From positions 16,368,001 through 16,432,000 of the forward strand of contig JBHGNT010000009.1 in NCBI GenBank assembly GCA_043228905.1: a DNA stretch of 64,000 nucleotides, written 5' to 3'. A program made the translations under genes and the position numbers. The notes under the pieces are model-generated. The model saw nothing but the letters and a program-made list of their open reading frames with translations, did not search any database and was not told the DNA's origin. The first letter of the stretch is position 1; each line of letters starts with the position of its first letter. The DNA comes from Azolla caroliniana (lineage: Eukaryota > Plantae > Polypodiophyta). Shown here piece after piece: positions 11,197 to 23,131 of this stretch.

Positions 11197-12765
11197 CAAC
11201 ATTCCAGCACTTGCTCTCCCTGTGGGCTTTCCTTGCCGGTTTCCGGCACCACCTCGACTCCCCATGCTTCCGGAGGGTCCGGAACTACTGTTGGCATTAC
11301 CACCATGCCTTCCATCTTGCTCCTATCGGCAGCCTCCATTGCATGCCTACTCGCCTCGTCCACCACAACCACGGGGCATGTCTTCCTTCGTGTACAACAT
11401 CTTGTTGTCGACATGTGTACTCATTGACGCACTCGCGTGGTTCTCCTCTACGAGCAGCATTGACTGTAAGTCGAAAAACGATGGCATGTTCTCCCATGTA
11501 CAGACAACAATTTGGAATGCTCCGAACTTCGACGTTAACCCTCCTAGGCAGACCTGCACCATTTCGTCCTCCTCGATGTTTACATCGACGGAGGCGAGAG
11601 AGTCGCATATGTCCTTGATCTTGGAGGTGTAATCAGCCACCAACATATCTCGTTGTCAAACATTGCTCAACTCTTGCCTGAGTTGGAGCTTTCTAGCTAT
11701 GGTGCTCGCGGTGAAAATCTTTTTCAGATTTCCCCAAGCATCCTTCGACATCTTCACATCCTGAATGTAGCTCAGAAGCTGACCACTCACACAAGATGCG
11801 AAGCAGTAGAGAACTCTGCTTGCCGCCTGTTCCTAGGCGGGGAAATCTCTATGTGACAATTTGGGTGCTACATGATTAGCTCAATCGACATAACTCTAGT
11901 AGCCATGCCTGAGCAGGTACTGGTGCATCTTGTATGACCAAGATGCGTAGTTGCTTCTATTGAGCTTCTTCGTTGGAAGTGAGCTATCCATTCCTTTGTT
12001 CATTCATTCATTCTTTTGTTCTTCACTGTGATTAGGGTTTTTCTGTTTTTCAGCAGTAGAGGATCTTAACCCTTGCGCTCTAATACCATGTAAAAGAATA
12101 TGCGTGGTAGCTTAACAAACACAACCGGGTAACAATAGACAAAAGATAAAGAGACAAGGAAGATGAGGAAGGTTTAATGGAAAGCTTTAATCAAGACAGC
12201 GTACACGAGAGAGATAGAGAGAGCAGAACACAGAAAACTCTATTCCGAAACAATACTCTAAAACTCTATGTGTACATAGGATGTGCTAAGAGAGCACTTT
12301 TATACAAGTCCATACAAACTGACAGAAGACCTGACACGTACTTCAATGCTAATCAATGAGCCCCTACACTAACTCCCAAAAATATATTCCTCCGCGGAAT
12401 ATCTATCCAACGGCCTCCTGGTTTACGCACCGATACGGCCTCTCGTTGCGCACCCGGTTTACGCACCCAGTCTACACACTGGTTTACGCATCGCTTTACT
12501 TACCCAATGTTGAGCTTGTATCTCAAGAATATTGTATTGTACATTAATTTTGGGATTCATGAATTTCTATAAATATTGGTGTTAGTCATTTTGGACATTC
12601 ATTTGTAAGTTTGGGATGTCCGTTATTTAGGCATTTTTTTGAACACCTAAATTTTTGTACATCCTAGAAATCAATATATTTTTGCGTCATTTTTTAGAAT
12701 CCTTTACGCATGCATCACCCCTTTTTGTGCATCACCTAATTTGTGTCATTTTTTGATGGACAATT

Positions 12766-13467
12766 TGTTAGGAAACAGGTCCCTCCGGATGGGAAGTCAC
12801 AAGAACAGTATTGATGAGCATGAAACCGGATGAGGAATACCCGGCTACGGAGAGCCGGATGTCGCAGACCTGATGAGAACCGGATGACGAGTACCCGACT
12901 ACGGAGAGCCGGATGGTGCAGACCCGGTGAGAACCGGATGACGAGTACCCGGCAAGCGCCGGATGATGCAGGCCCGATGAGGAGTGCTCACCGGATGAAG
13001 AGACATATTCGTAAATATGTTTCTGAGAGTCCATCGTGGCTATATTTGTAAATAGCCGAAAAGTCATATTAGTATAAATATGACTTAGGGCAAATTTTTT
13101 GTATACACACACATAGTGCGAAAGTGTTGTTGTCATTCTTGTTGGCGCAAGATCAGAGCGCGCAAGTCTGTACAGAGAGAGTGAGAGAGAGGAAGAGGTT
13201 GTTGCCTCTGTTGTAACTGCCGCCTGTGGCGAAGATAGAAAGCTCGAGGTCGTTGCCTCGGTGCTTTACAATTTGTACATTTTGACATAGTGATAGTTTG
13301 CAGTCTGTGGGCTGCCGTGGTTTTTTCCCTAGTTTGGGTTTTCCACGTTAACATCCTATGTACTCTTCTCGCCTTTGAGTCGTGTGTTTCATTTCCCGTT
13401 TTCTGTGTATGATTCTAAGCTCGGTTGTGGCCGAGCGTTGCGCATAGGGAGCGTGCAGTTCGTGTCA
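12766..13467 (+). mobile_element. Solo LTR (copia-like) with 57-bp tandem repeats in U3
   Basis: TGTT..GTCA ends flanked by 5-bp TSD CAATT (12761-12765, 13468-13472); ~3 copies of a 57-bp unit at 12821-12990; TATAAATA at ~13073; gtggttttttccc/ggttttccacg U5-like motif. Confidence 0.8.
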
Positions 13468-13594
13468 CAATTCTCAAAATGCGACATATTACCTGTTTCA
13501 AATGTCCAGGTGTTAAGAAAGGTCACCAAAGAAAAGGTGAAGCAAGTGAGCTTTCCACTTCAAGAAGCGAAGGTGAGTGAGGAGGCATCAAGCG

Positions 13595-13956
13595 CATTGT
13601 TGTAGAATACTTAGCATACAATACGTATGCTAAGTATTCTAACTTCTTCTTTTAAATACTTAGAATACGTATTTTAAAGATAAAATACGTTAAATACTTA
13701 GAATACATGTAGAATACTTTAAATACATAGATTCATATGAGTAAACTACATTAAATACTTTTTAAAATTTAAAGTTGTTTTTTTCAAAAGAAATAATTTT
13801 TAAAATTTTAAAATAGTATAAACTTTTTTGAAATGTTAAATACTTGTTAAATACATGAAAAAATGGCAGTTCTAAAATGTAGAATACGTGTAGAATACTT
13901 CAGAGTATTCTAAAACATATTCTGAACAAAGAACACGTGTTTTTTTAACAACTATG
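13595..13956. mobile_element. Putative AT-rich MITE-like element with internal hairpin
   Basis: Imperfect terminal inverted ends cattgttgt / acaactatg; many (t)agaatac repeats; perfect 17-bp inverted repeat 13603-13619 / 13625-13641; no convincing TSD. Confidence 0.45.
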
Positions 13957-14139
13957 AGATTCAAGTGGCGGCAATGAATGTGCTTAGAGGCGGGATCAAG
14001 GCAAAAGGTAAGAGAGTAAGAAGGGCGAAGAAAAGAGGATTGTATAGAACAGGCAGTCCTCGAATTACGTGGGAAGTTGGTGTGGGTGGTCCAAAGTCTA
14101 TGTATGTGTATGTATGGGCTTTGCTCTCGGATACATAGC

Positions 14140-15425
14140 CAACCACAAGATAGGATATCCCGTCAAGCCTTTGAGGCATCTTGATCCCTACATGTGTCTA
14201 GAGACACTAGCTCTTGGTATAGCACTGTGGTGAGTTCGTTACTTGCAAATGACATAGACATTAATAACCTACCTCCCCTTAAGTACAACCATGGGACTGA
14301 TCAAACTCTAATATCTCATGAAGACCGTAATAAAGTGATACACCAAGAAATATGACAAATTTACACTTGATATAAATGGATCACCCCACGAGAGCCACTC
14401 CCATCTAAAATGTTGTACTATAAGGAACACTTCTTGCACTTCTCTAAGTTAGGTTTTATTACACAACCAAGATATCTAGATACATTCTTATCAAATGCAC
14501 TAAGGGTGGCCATTGGACAACTTAGGATATCATCTCACCAACTTGAGATTGAGAATGGTCGGGCTAATAGAGTCCCTAGAGAGGAAAGGCTATGTAGGTT
14601 ATGCCACATAGAGATAGAGGATGAGTATCACTTCACATGCAAGTGCCCAACTTATGCCGAAATACGGGTTGAATACCAAGACGTATTAGGACCCTCTCCC
14701 ACCCTCTTTAAATTATTAGATACCCCGGATGTAAAGAGACTAGGTAGGTATATCTTAGAGCTAAAACAATATAGGGAGAATAAAGTACAAAGTGTTAACC
14801 ATAACCCTTTTACTATTCATCAACATGTAACTAGTGTAATTTTTCAGGAACAAGGGGAGACGATGAATGTGGATACACTTACGCCACTTGCCCTCTCTCT
14901 TGAGGAAGCAGAAATGCAAAGAACAACCAAACGCCCTCGGATGTTGGGCTTCAAAACAAGTTGACACGAAGTAGAAAAGATTAAGAAGATAAGGGAACGT
15001 GAGCTACGTTGACTAGAAGCTATGGTTGGGGTACCTTTTACATTGGGAGCACGGGACAGATCCACATCAAAACCCTTTGACCTCCCGCTTCTCTTTGAGA
15101 CACTTGGATGGAAATGAAATTAGGCCTAGTATAACATCATTTTCATTGTAGAACATGGTTTTTAAATAGAACATGTTTGTTATTTTATTAGAACTATTTG
15201 GCTTAAAACTCTATTTTATTTATTTATTTATTTTCGATGAATGAGTAAATATCCCATTTTTTGTTGTAAACCATTTGTCTCATGGGCCAAATTTGGCCTT
15301 AGAAGACATTAATATATCTTTCTTTCTTTCTTTCTCTCTCTCTTCGGGAGTGTGGGCCAAATTTGGCCTTAGAAGACATTAATATATCTTTCTTTCTTTC
15401 TCTCTCTCTCTCTCTTTGGGAGTGT
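14140..15425 (+). mobile_element. 5'-truncated non-L1 LINE (RTE-X/L2-like C-terminus) with (CTTT)n tail
   Basis: ORF 14410-14964 has LRISSHQLEIENGR..RLCRLC..EDEYHFTCKC..Y; 3' hairpin plus (ttct)n tail present twice at 15281-15425. Confidence 0.8.
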
Positions 15426-15748
15426 GTGTAGAATCCAGATAATATGATAATGCAGACATATAGGCAAACAAGAGGGACAAATGTATGGTTTGGAGAGGAG
15501 GGACTCTTTAGAGGTTGTTCTTAAGAAAAGTAAAAACTTACTGCAGTTATGGAGTAAGTTGCCTCGTGATCACGGTCTCCTCTCAAGGACCGATCTAGAA
15601 ATATCATTCACGCTTTGGCCCTTGCCCTTGCCCTTGCCCTTGCCCTGATCATCAATTTTTATATATAACACACTCGGATTGTACATTTTGTCGCCTTCCG
15701 ACGTTTTTCTTAATACTAATGAAAGAAATCTTATTTGAAAAAATAAAA

Positions 15749-15882
15749 GGGAAAAGTACCAGGATACCCCCCCTGGAAGTTCGTCTATTTATCAGAATGC
15801 CCCTAGAAGTTCCAAATCTACCAAACTACCCCTATGTCCAAAATAGACGAACTTCCAGGGGGGGTATCCTGGTACTTTTCCC
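15749..15882. mobile_element. Mutator-like MITE (134 bp)
   Basis: Perfect 42-bp TIRs starting GGGAAAAGTACC (15749-15790 / 15841-15882); 9-bp TSD AAAATAAAA (15740-15748, 15883-15891). Confidence 0.92.
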
Positions 15883-16712
15883 AAAATAAAATTATATGGA
15901 TAATTTGATGAAATTGGGGGGTGTTATTTTTTTGGCTTCAGGAGGGGGGGCATATTTGTAAATAATGGATTTCTTTCTCTTTGTCGCCGCGATAAGGGTG
16001 GACTTCATATGTATAAAGTCGCAAAAGGACGAGGAATCGAAGAAAAGGCTTGTTTGATCCAACGGAGGAAAGAAGACCAAGAAGAAGAAGAAGAAGAAGA
16101 AGAAGCAGCAGCAGACGACGACGACGACAATACTGAAGAACAGAAAAAACAGCAGAGGAAAGAGAACAAACAGAACAGAGAAGATCATCCCGCACACACT
16201 CAAAGAAGAAAAAAACAAAACAAACCGAGGGATTTGTCCAAACTCTATTGTAAGTTGCAACCTAATTTTCTACATGTCTTTGATCTGGGTATTTATATAA
16301 TTGCTTCAATCCTTTGTTGATTCACGCAATTTGTTTTTTTTTTTTCCAAATTTCATACGACAAAATCTACATATACGTATATATGTAGATGTTTGTGATG
16401 ACACCACTTTGATGTTCATCTCTCAATTTCTATATGTTTATGTATATATCAATGTATAAACCTGTTTCGTTCCCTCAAATCTGAGATCGGTAAATCGTCT
16501 AGCATTGAGCTTGGAACATCTTAGACCACAGATTGTATGTAGATGAAGCTAGTAGAGATCATTTGCAGAATATTTGTGACATCTTAGACCACTTATGAAA
16601 TTGTGGATGAGACTAGTAGAGAGGATTTAAATATTATTATTGACATCGTAGGCAATATATGAGATGTGGATGATGCTATTGATGATACTTGAAGATATGA
16701 AGAGGTCAACAT

Positions 16713-17524
16713 ATGCTCTATAGCTCCATGGCTCCTGGATACACCGGTTTCAATTTAGAGATTGAAGAGGATTATTCAGAATCAATCATTCCGTTGCTTA
16801 TGGAAAATCCCGAGCATGTGCATGTGGAACAAAATGTAGAACCTCAGTGTGTTGTGCCAATCATACCATCATGCCCATCAGTAAGTTCAGACGAGTTCAA
16901 AACCCCTCTCGGAACCTCCTCTCCTGATCTTTCCCCTTCTCAAGAGAATGTAATAATTTCTATTGACCCACCCGCTTTCGCAACGGGTTCAATCTCAACT
17001 CGTGGCCTGGCTGGAGGTTCAATCAGACGATCTTCCTCCACATTGAACCGTTCCCAATTGATCCCGACTGTTGGCTCCTTCTCCAGAAGATCTCAGCCTT
17101 CAGGCCAACTTGAGGGTGTGAGTGTAGAAGACACAACGCGACAACGAATCAATCCTTTGAGTTCTCGTCTCTGGATATCTATTGAGCTTGCAATGACCAT
17201 TGCCCAAATAGTCAGTGCAATTATCGTTCTTTTATTATCAAGAAATGAGAAACCGAAGGCCCCTTTAGCATTATGGATAATGTGCTATACTGGAGGTTGT
17301 GTTGCGACTCTTCCGCTCATATATTGGAGGTATAAACGCCGAAATGCACGACGAGATACAGATCCTCTGGTATCATCATCTGTTGCATCCTCTTCATCGA
17401 GTTTACAAGGTTCTTCACATGCTTCCCGCACTGGACCACAACCCATGTCCGATCCAGCGGATGAATCCAACAGTACATTGCCATCGGCTCAAGAGATTCA
17501 AGTGTCAAATGGTGAAGATTCGAG
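16713..17524 (+). CDS. RING-H2 E3 ligase coding exon 1
   Basis: Ser-rich N-terminus and first TM helices; donor GT at 17525. Confidence 0.88.
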
Positions 17525-20500
17525 GTATTATTTGTGTCTATTTCTCTTAGATTGTATGTTCAATATGTGTATATGATTAATTAAAATAAACAGTGAAAAT
17601 TATGCAATCAATAAAACACTAAGCGTGATGCTCTTTTGCCTCATTAATTCTTGTTGTGGAGTAAGATCTAAACTCTTCGTCTAGTTCACTTGTGGTTTAA
17701 GAGGAGAAGCAATGTTACACATTAAAATATCTTTGATCTCTAAATGGCTTTTTGCCTACTTGTTCCTTGAGTCATATACAGATAAATCTGGAAATGAAGT
17801 ATGTCATGCTTCCCCTAGTGGCATAGGACACTTTACAGGGACAGGAACAGGATACATGCTGAAATCGCCATTTCTTAATATGTGTGATGAGAGGGAGATC
17901 AGAAAAGGATTAGCTTTGATGTTTATTTCTCCATCTCTTTGTTATGGACATCAAAATCTTGCTTGGAATATCTTGGAGTTATGTGGGTGTTTCTTAAATA
18001 TTATAGAACGTACTATGACTTCTCCAAAATTTTTAATATTCGTTTCAGTGTTGAGAAGTTTATATTCTTACCTCATATGAAAATTGACTTTTAAGGCAAA
18101 TCAAATTTGACCTCCATGGTATGTTGACTTTCAAGAAGATTCTGCTCATCGATTTTTGAGAAGGTTTTAAGTTTTGTACATGAGATTAAGGGTACTTTTA
18201 TGAAGACGTTGAGGTCAATAAGGCTCTTCTTCCAACATCTTACATGTCAGATGTGAATGCAGTCCATTTGAATCTCAATGCTGATCTTGAGTATATGTAC
18301 ATCAAAAAATATTTCAAATCTCCCTTGAATGTAAAAGTGGAGGAGTTTCTTGGTTGAATCACCCTTACTGCCATCATTTGTTCTATGCACATTAACTGTT
18401 AACCCACTGTTTTGGCAAAGTATTTCCAAAACACCAAGTGTGCATAGCATCCACATTGTATGAAAGAAAGAAAGAAAGATATATTAACGTCTTTTAAGAG
18501 GCCAAAATGGCCGATAAGACCAAACAAGAGATTACATCTTCGATGTTGGCTCGCCTTTGAGAACAACAAATCAAAATAAAATAAATATTACTCAGTAAAT
18601 ATAAAACTAAATAAGATAAAAAGAGATGAGGGAATCTGGTTTTGGCACATGTGAGATTCTCAAGTTAGATAAATTGTGACTTTTGTCTTTGAAAGATCTC
18701 TAGGATAGGTCGATCCAGAATGGTGAGTTCTCCAAAGTGAGGGAAGCACTTGCGATGGTGGGAGATAATGGCCTTTATATGTTGACGACAAGGGTGCTGA
18801 GGTTGTGGTCCATGGGCCCGGCGCCCATGTGCACGACAAATTGCTATTGCCCGATCTATTGCAACCCCTTTGTTATGTTCTGGTCGGGAGGCCATTTGTC
18901 TATCTCTTGATTGACTTGTCGCATTAGTAAGAGTGATGAGGCTAAAGAAAGTTGTGATTGTTCTTTGTGGATGAGCTTGTGTGGTTGTGTTATTGTCCTT
19001 CAATAACTGTTCCCCATGTCTCTTGAGTTCTAGCAAGAAAAGTCCTAAGGCACCATTGGTCCTCATATTACATTACCTTGCGTAGTGGGCCAAGGCCTTG
19101 TGTAAAGAGGCAATGGTATCTCCCTTTGATTTCATAATAGACACTCTATTCTTTTCCATGTTGGTCATACTCAGATGGGGACAGTTCAAGCTTTATTGGA
19201 ACGGGGGTAGTGCATTTATACTCGTGCCATGTGACTCGAACCATTGCTGCATTTCAGCATACCAACAATGAATGTCTCCATTTTCAGCTAGTTGTCTTAA
19301 TGACATAAGTGCCAACCTTGGGTACCTTCGTTTGGGGAGCTCCCAAAGATGTTGGATACATGTGACTGATCGGAACAATGCCTCAGTGATTATAGGTGCC
19401 GCTCCAATCTTTGCCCGGATTATATCATGGGGCACTGATGCTTTGCTCCGTATCATGTGGGCAATCATTGACACTAAAGGTATCTCTAAATATTCCAATG
19501 ATTTGCCTTTTTAAGACTCGGTCCCCATGTTACTACTCTATAGAGAAGAGTTGGTGTGATGAGTGTATCAAATAACCACAGCTTAGTTCGTGGATCTTGG
19601 AATTGCAAAGTTGGGCAAACATCATTTGCACATACGAGTTATAGAATAAGCTCTTCCATAAAGTTGGGCCATCTAATTCTTCTTTTGCAGCTGTTTTTAC
19701 TATTTATTCCAATTCATCAATATGCATAAACCAAAGAGTGTGGGAGAGAGTGAATACCGTCACTTGACTCCCATGTTACTTAGGAAGTACATAGAGAAGC
19801 CTTCATTGATTTCAACTGCGCTATACTCTGACTGCACTCTGATCTCTGTGATTCTATTCTGAAGTTCATTGATTTTCAAGTGGCATGAAATTGGTGCTAC
19901 AACTGCTCTATCCTCTGAGTGCGCTCTGATCTCTGTGACTCTATTCTGAGGTTCTCGTATTGGTACTGAGTCAAAAACTTTCTTGAAGTCAGCAAAACAA
20001 TATGAGAAAGTTTTCCGTGGAAAATGGCTTTCTTCCATAATTCCTCTTAGTGTAAAAGAATGATCAATGGTGGAATGTATTGGTGTAAAACTCACTTGCG
20101 TTAATGCTCATTTGTTATTTGTTTTAGCCCATGTGCTAATGTTTTGCTCCATGGTAATGCTATATAACGGAGCTAGCCATGATTGTGCAATAGGTGGACA
20201 CCTGATTTTAATCTCCTCTTTAGTGAATCAGTTTAATTCAATTAATGAGCCAGTCTTCTTGAAAACCTTGTTTAGCTGCTTGATCCAGTAGTTTATATCC
20301 ATTGGCGTGTGTGTGATCTTGTCCTTTTAAAGAGCTCATTTGACATGAAAGTTGCATCTGCCACATTGTCATGAGACTTCCTTTTTGCTCCTTTATTTAT
20401 ATCTCCAATAACTACACATGTATTATTTGGTGTAAACTAGCCGTTTTAGAATTTATCCCATCCAATATGGAATTTTGGAAACATATAGGGACATCAGAGG

Positions 20501-23131
20501 ATAGAGGCGGAGAACTGTTAACAGTGTGTACCAAAGGATTATGTCTGTATTCTGATGAGTGTGGCATTGTTTCCCAATAATCATGATTAAAGAAAATCAC
20601 AAGTTTGGAGTAATGATACCCCTTCAAATTCAACAAATACTGAAAGCTCAAATAGATTGACATTTTAACAACTCAAGCCCCATACTTTCATGAGGAAGGC
20701 ACATGAAAGCTCTAGTCCTTTTACCTGCATTACAATAACAAACAGTAGCAATGGAATTACTCATGATTATTTTAAATCCATGAAGAGTTCAAGGTAGAGG
20801 TAGGCCATTTTGTTCTTTCAAAGATGTTAACATATTATTTCATTGCATATTGTAGGATTGGCACATATGCAATTCATAAACCCAAATTATATTGATTATA
20901 TAATGGGAAATGCATGACATGCTTTTGTAATCGCAAACTATTCTGGTTCTGTAAATGTCTGTATAGTATAGGTCAGACATAATTTGTAAGCCCATGAGCT
21001 CACCCATCATTGATATGCCCAAACAATTTTGATTTTATGTGAATTTATTTACAATATCATTTCAGTACTTCCAAGTGTTATTGGGATCCAATGGTGATAT
21101 AAATGAAGTTTCTTGCGTTCCGCAAGACTTAATTTCAACATTTAAAACCCTCTGATGTATAAAAACCTTATCAATATTACAAAGCTAAAAAAGAAAAGGT
21201 GGCATTGGAAACAACATAGATAAATCCCCTATAATCTACTTAAGGACTTGTAGTTGAGCTTTGTAGAATAGAATGCTGAAGGATTTTTTCATGGTGGAAT
21301 GTGGATGAATGTGAACCAAGTGTCACACAGCTGTTATTTTTTCAAATTTAGCATGTAAATGGGGTTCATAAAATCTGACAGTTTGTGCTAGGCAAGCATC
21401 ATGATTGGACATAGGGCGTAGGTTCAACATGCATATTTAATGGAACAAATGTCGGAAATAATGACATATGGCACTGGAATTTTGATAGGATGGGTATGAA
21501 CCTAGTGATGATTTTTAATGTGAACATTAATATTAAGTGGATTGATGCTATTATTATGAAGATTTTTTTCCATAAGGGTTTGTTCACTTTTGTGGATCTG
21601 TGTGCTAAAGCCCTCATGGTGGCTTAATGATTCGCTGAAAAACATCAGTAGAATCTTTGTGCGTTAAACATCTGTGAGTTCATGTTTCTGGGGCGTGTTA
21701 TGCTGGCTCAAATTCCCTTCTTACAATCTTTGATTCTAGTTGGGGGGTGCTTACCTTCATTGTATTGTGTTGAATATTTTAAATTCTTATTCTCTTCTCA
21801 AGCATACTTTCAGGATGGTTATTGATGTATATGATATATGATGTGTTGTGTCGACAGGACCAATGTTTGTATGGAAAGGAACAAGGTTGTTCTGGATTGC
21901 TTCTTTGCTGTTTGGTTTGTCGTTGGTAATGTCTGGGTATTCGCCAGCCATTCCTCTTCTCACGATGCACCTAATTTATACAGGTAACATCTATCATATT
22001 TTGTGCTTGATGTTAATAACTAGTGAAAATTCGATCCAAGCATTTTCCACTTGATCCGACCACAGCCATGCTTTTAAACATGAATCTCATACCACTTTGA
22101 TCCATGTAAAGTATTTGCAGGTGTCTCAATTAGAACTTTCCAATCAATCATTAAAGTTTTCAAACTCCCTGTATAAGATTTTTAGTTAACCTAAATAATG
22201 TGCGGGCGCGTGTATACCTAATATAGTTTTCAATTTTCTTTTTATCATTTCAGGTTATGCATTGTTTTCCTCTCATTTAGCTGCATAGGTTATGCGATGC
22301 CATTTGTGATTTGTGCAACCGTGTGCTGTTGTCTCCCCTGTATCGTTACTCTTTTGACATATCGAGATGACCAAGTGCAAAGAAAGGGGGCAGCTCCAGA
22401 AGTCATCGCAGCGCTTCCAATATATAAGTTCAAGGTGAACAACCGGGCGGATATGAAGATCAAAGACAGGATCCAAGATCTGATCAGTACCAAAAGCCGA
22501 GGTAAGAATGAAGATTCTGTCATGAGTGAAAGCAAAGATGATGCTGATTCAGATCCAGAGAGTGTGGGTGAAGGGGGTGTTTTCGCACCCGGCACTGACA
22601 GGGAGCGTGGTGTTTCGGCCGAAGATGCGGTAATAATTTTATATATTTTAACATGGGCAAAACACTGAATGTACCTTCAAGTTTTTTCTAGCCCCCAAAA
22701 CTTCTCATGTATTTTTATTGGTATAACCATTATTTTTCAAACTTTGCTAGGATACTCTTCTGTTATAGCAATGTTTGTAGAACACAGGGTTATGTTAGTG
22801 ATTAGAAGAAGTTATTGCTGAAAATACCGTGAAAACATGGCATACGTTTTGGGGGTTCCGCTTTATTACATCTATATTATATTAAGCTTTGGAATTGACT
22901 CGAAATGTGTGTTTTTGGTGTCATTTGAGAGATTACCAACTTCTTTTTATTTTTAATTTTTAGGTTTGTTGTATCTGTCTTGGAGTATACAAGGATGGGG
23001 TAGACCTTAAAGAGCTTCAGTGCTCGCATTTCTTTCATGTGGCATGTGTCGATGAGTGGTTGAAAATAAATGCAACGTGTCCCCTTTGTAAACGGGAGCT
23101 TGATGCAACTTATGGTGGGGATGAGCATTAA
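16713..23131 (+). CDS. Transmembrane RING-H2 E3 ubiquitin ligase (At4g32600/At1g63170-like family), ~493 aa, 4 coding exons
   Basis: Exons 16713-17524, 21858-21983, 22254-22629 and 22964-23131 join in frame with GT..AG sites (phases 2,2,0). Motifs: LWISIEL..QIVSAIIVL, LDCFFAVWFVVGNVW, DAPNLYRLCIVFL, CCCLPCI, LPIYKFK and C-terminal CCICL..CSHFFHVACVDEWLKINATCPLC. A probable 5' UTR exon ends at ~16249. Confidence 0.92.
18462..20095 (-). mobile_element. Degenerate non-L1 LINE inside the first coding intron of the RING gene (same group as 14140-15425)
   Basis: (GAAA)n tail at 18462 and the same 3' hairpin; RT fragments CFADFKKVFDSVP and RYPRLAL..WYAEM..INALPPFQ; LGLFLLELKRH C-terminus homologous to the 14410 ORF. 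Confidence 0.8.
21858..21983 (+). CDS. RING-H2 E3 ligase coding exon 2
   Basis: cgacAG acceptor; TNVCMERNKVVLDCFFAVWFVVGNVWVFASHSSSHDAPNLY; GTAAC donor. Confidence 0.88.
22254..22629 (+). CDS. RING-H2 E3 ligase coding exon 3
   Basis: tttcAG acceptor; LCIVFLSFSCIGYAMPFVICATVCCCLPCI...SAEDA; GTAATA donor. Confidence 0.9.
22964..23131 (+). CDS. RING-H2 E3 ligase coding exon 4 (RING domain)
   Basis: ttttAG acceptor; C3H2C3 RING-H2 motif; TAA stop at 23129-23131. Confidence 0.92.
   Translation, partial: VCCICLGVYKDGVDLKELQCSHFFHVACVDEWLKINATCPLCKRELDATYGGDEH

Larger units (their letters stand above)
5448..12500 (-). mobile_element. Related Ty1/copia 5' half in opposite orientation, interrupted by the intact copia
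   Basis: PBS tggtattagagcgc at 12075-12088 (minus); LTR from 12089 to ~12500; gag 11347-11940; knuckle and WYVDSGASNHM protease at 5450-5790. Confidence 0.8.

Noticed and set aside
5750-11232. 30-bp direct repeat (ttccagcacttgctctccctgtgggctttc) on both sides of the intact copia as a long TSD
   Set aside because: The left copy does not abut the LTR. The true TSD is CAACA, and the repeat is a pre-existing duplication in the host zinc-knuckle region.
12821-12990. CRISPR-like or coding repeat array
   Set aside because: 57-bp tandem units without unique spacers inside the U3 of a solo LTR; eukaryotic context with no cas genes.
15892-16320. ORFs with poly-E/poly-F/poly-L runs
   Set aside because: They arise from (GAA)n/(GAC)n microsatellites in the probable 5' UTR of the RING gene.
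17525-17576. Single-exon 287-aa protein from the ORF track
   Set aside because: Read-through into the intron; family homology continues in the exon at 21858 after the GT donor at 17525.
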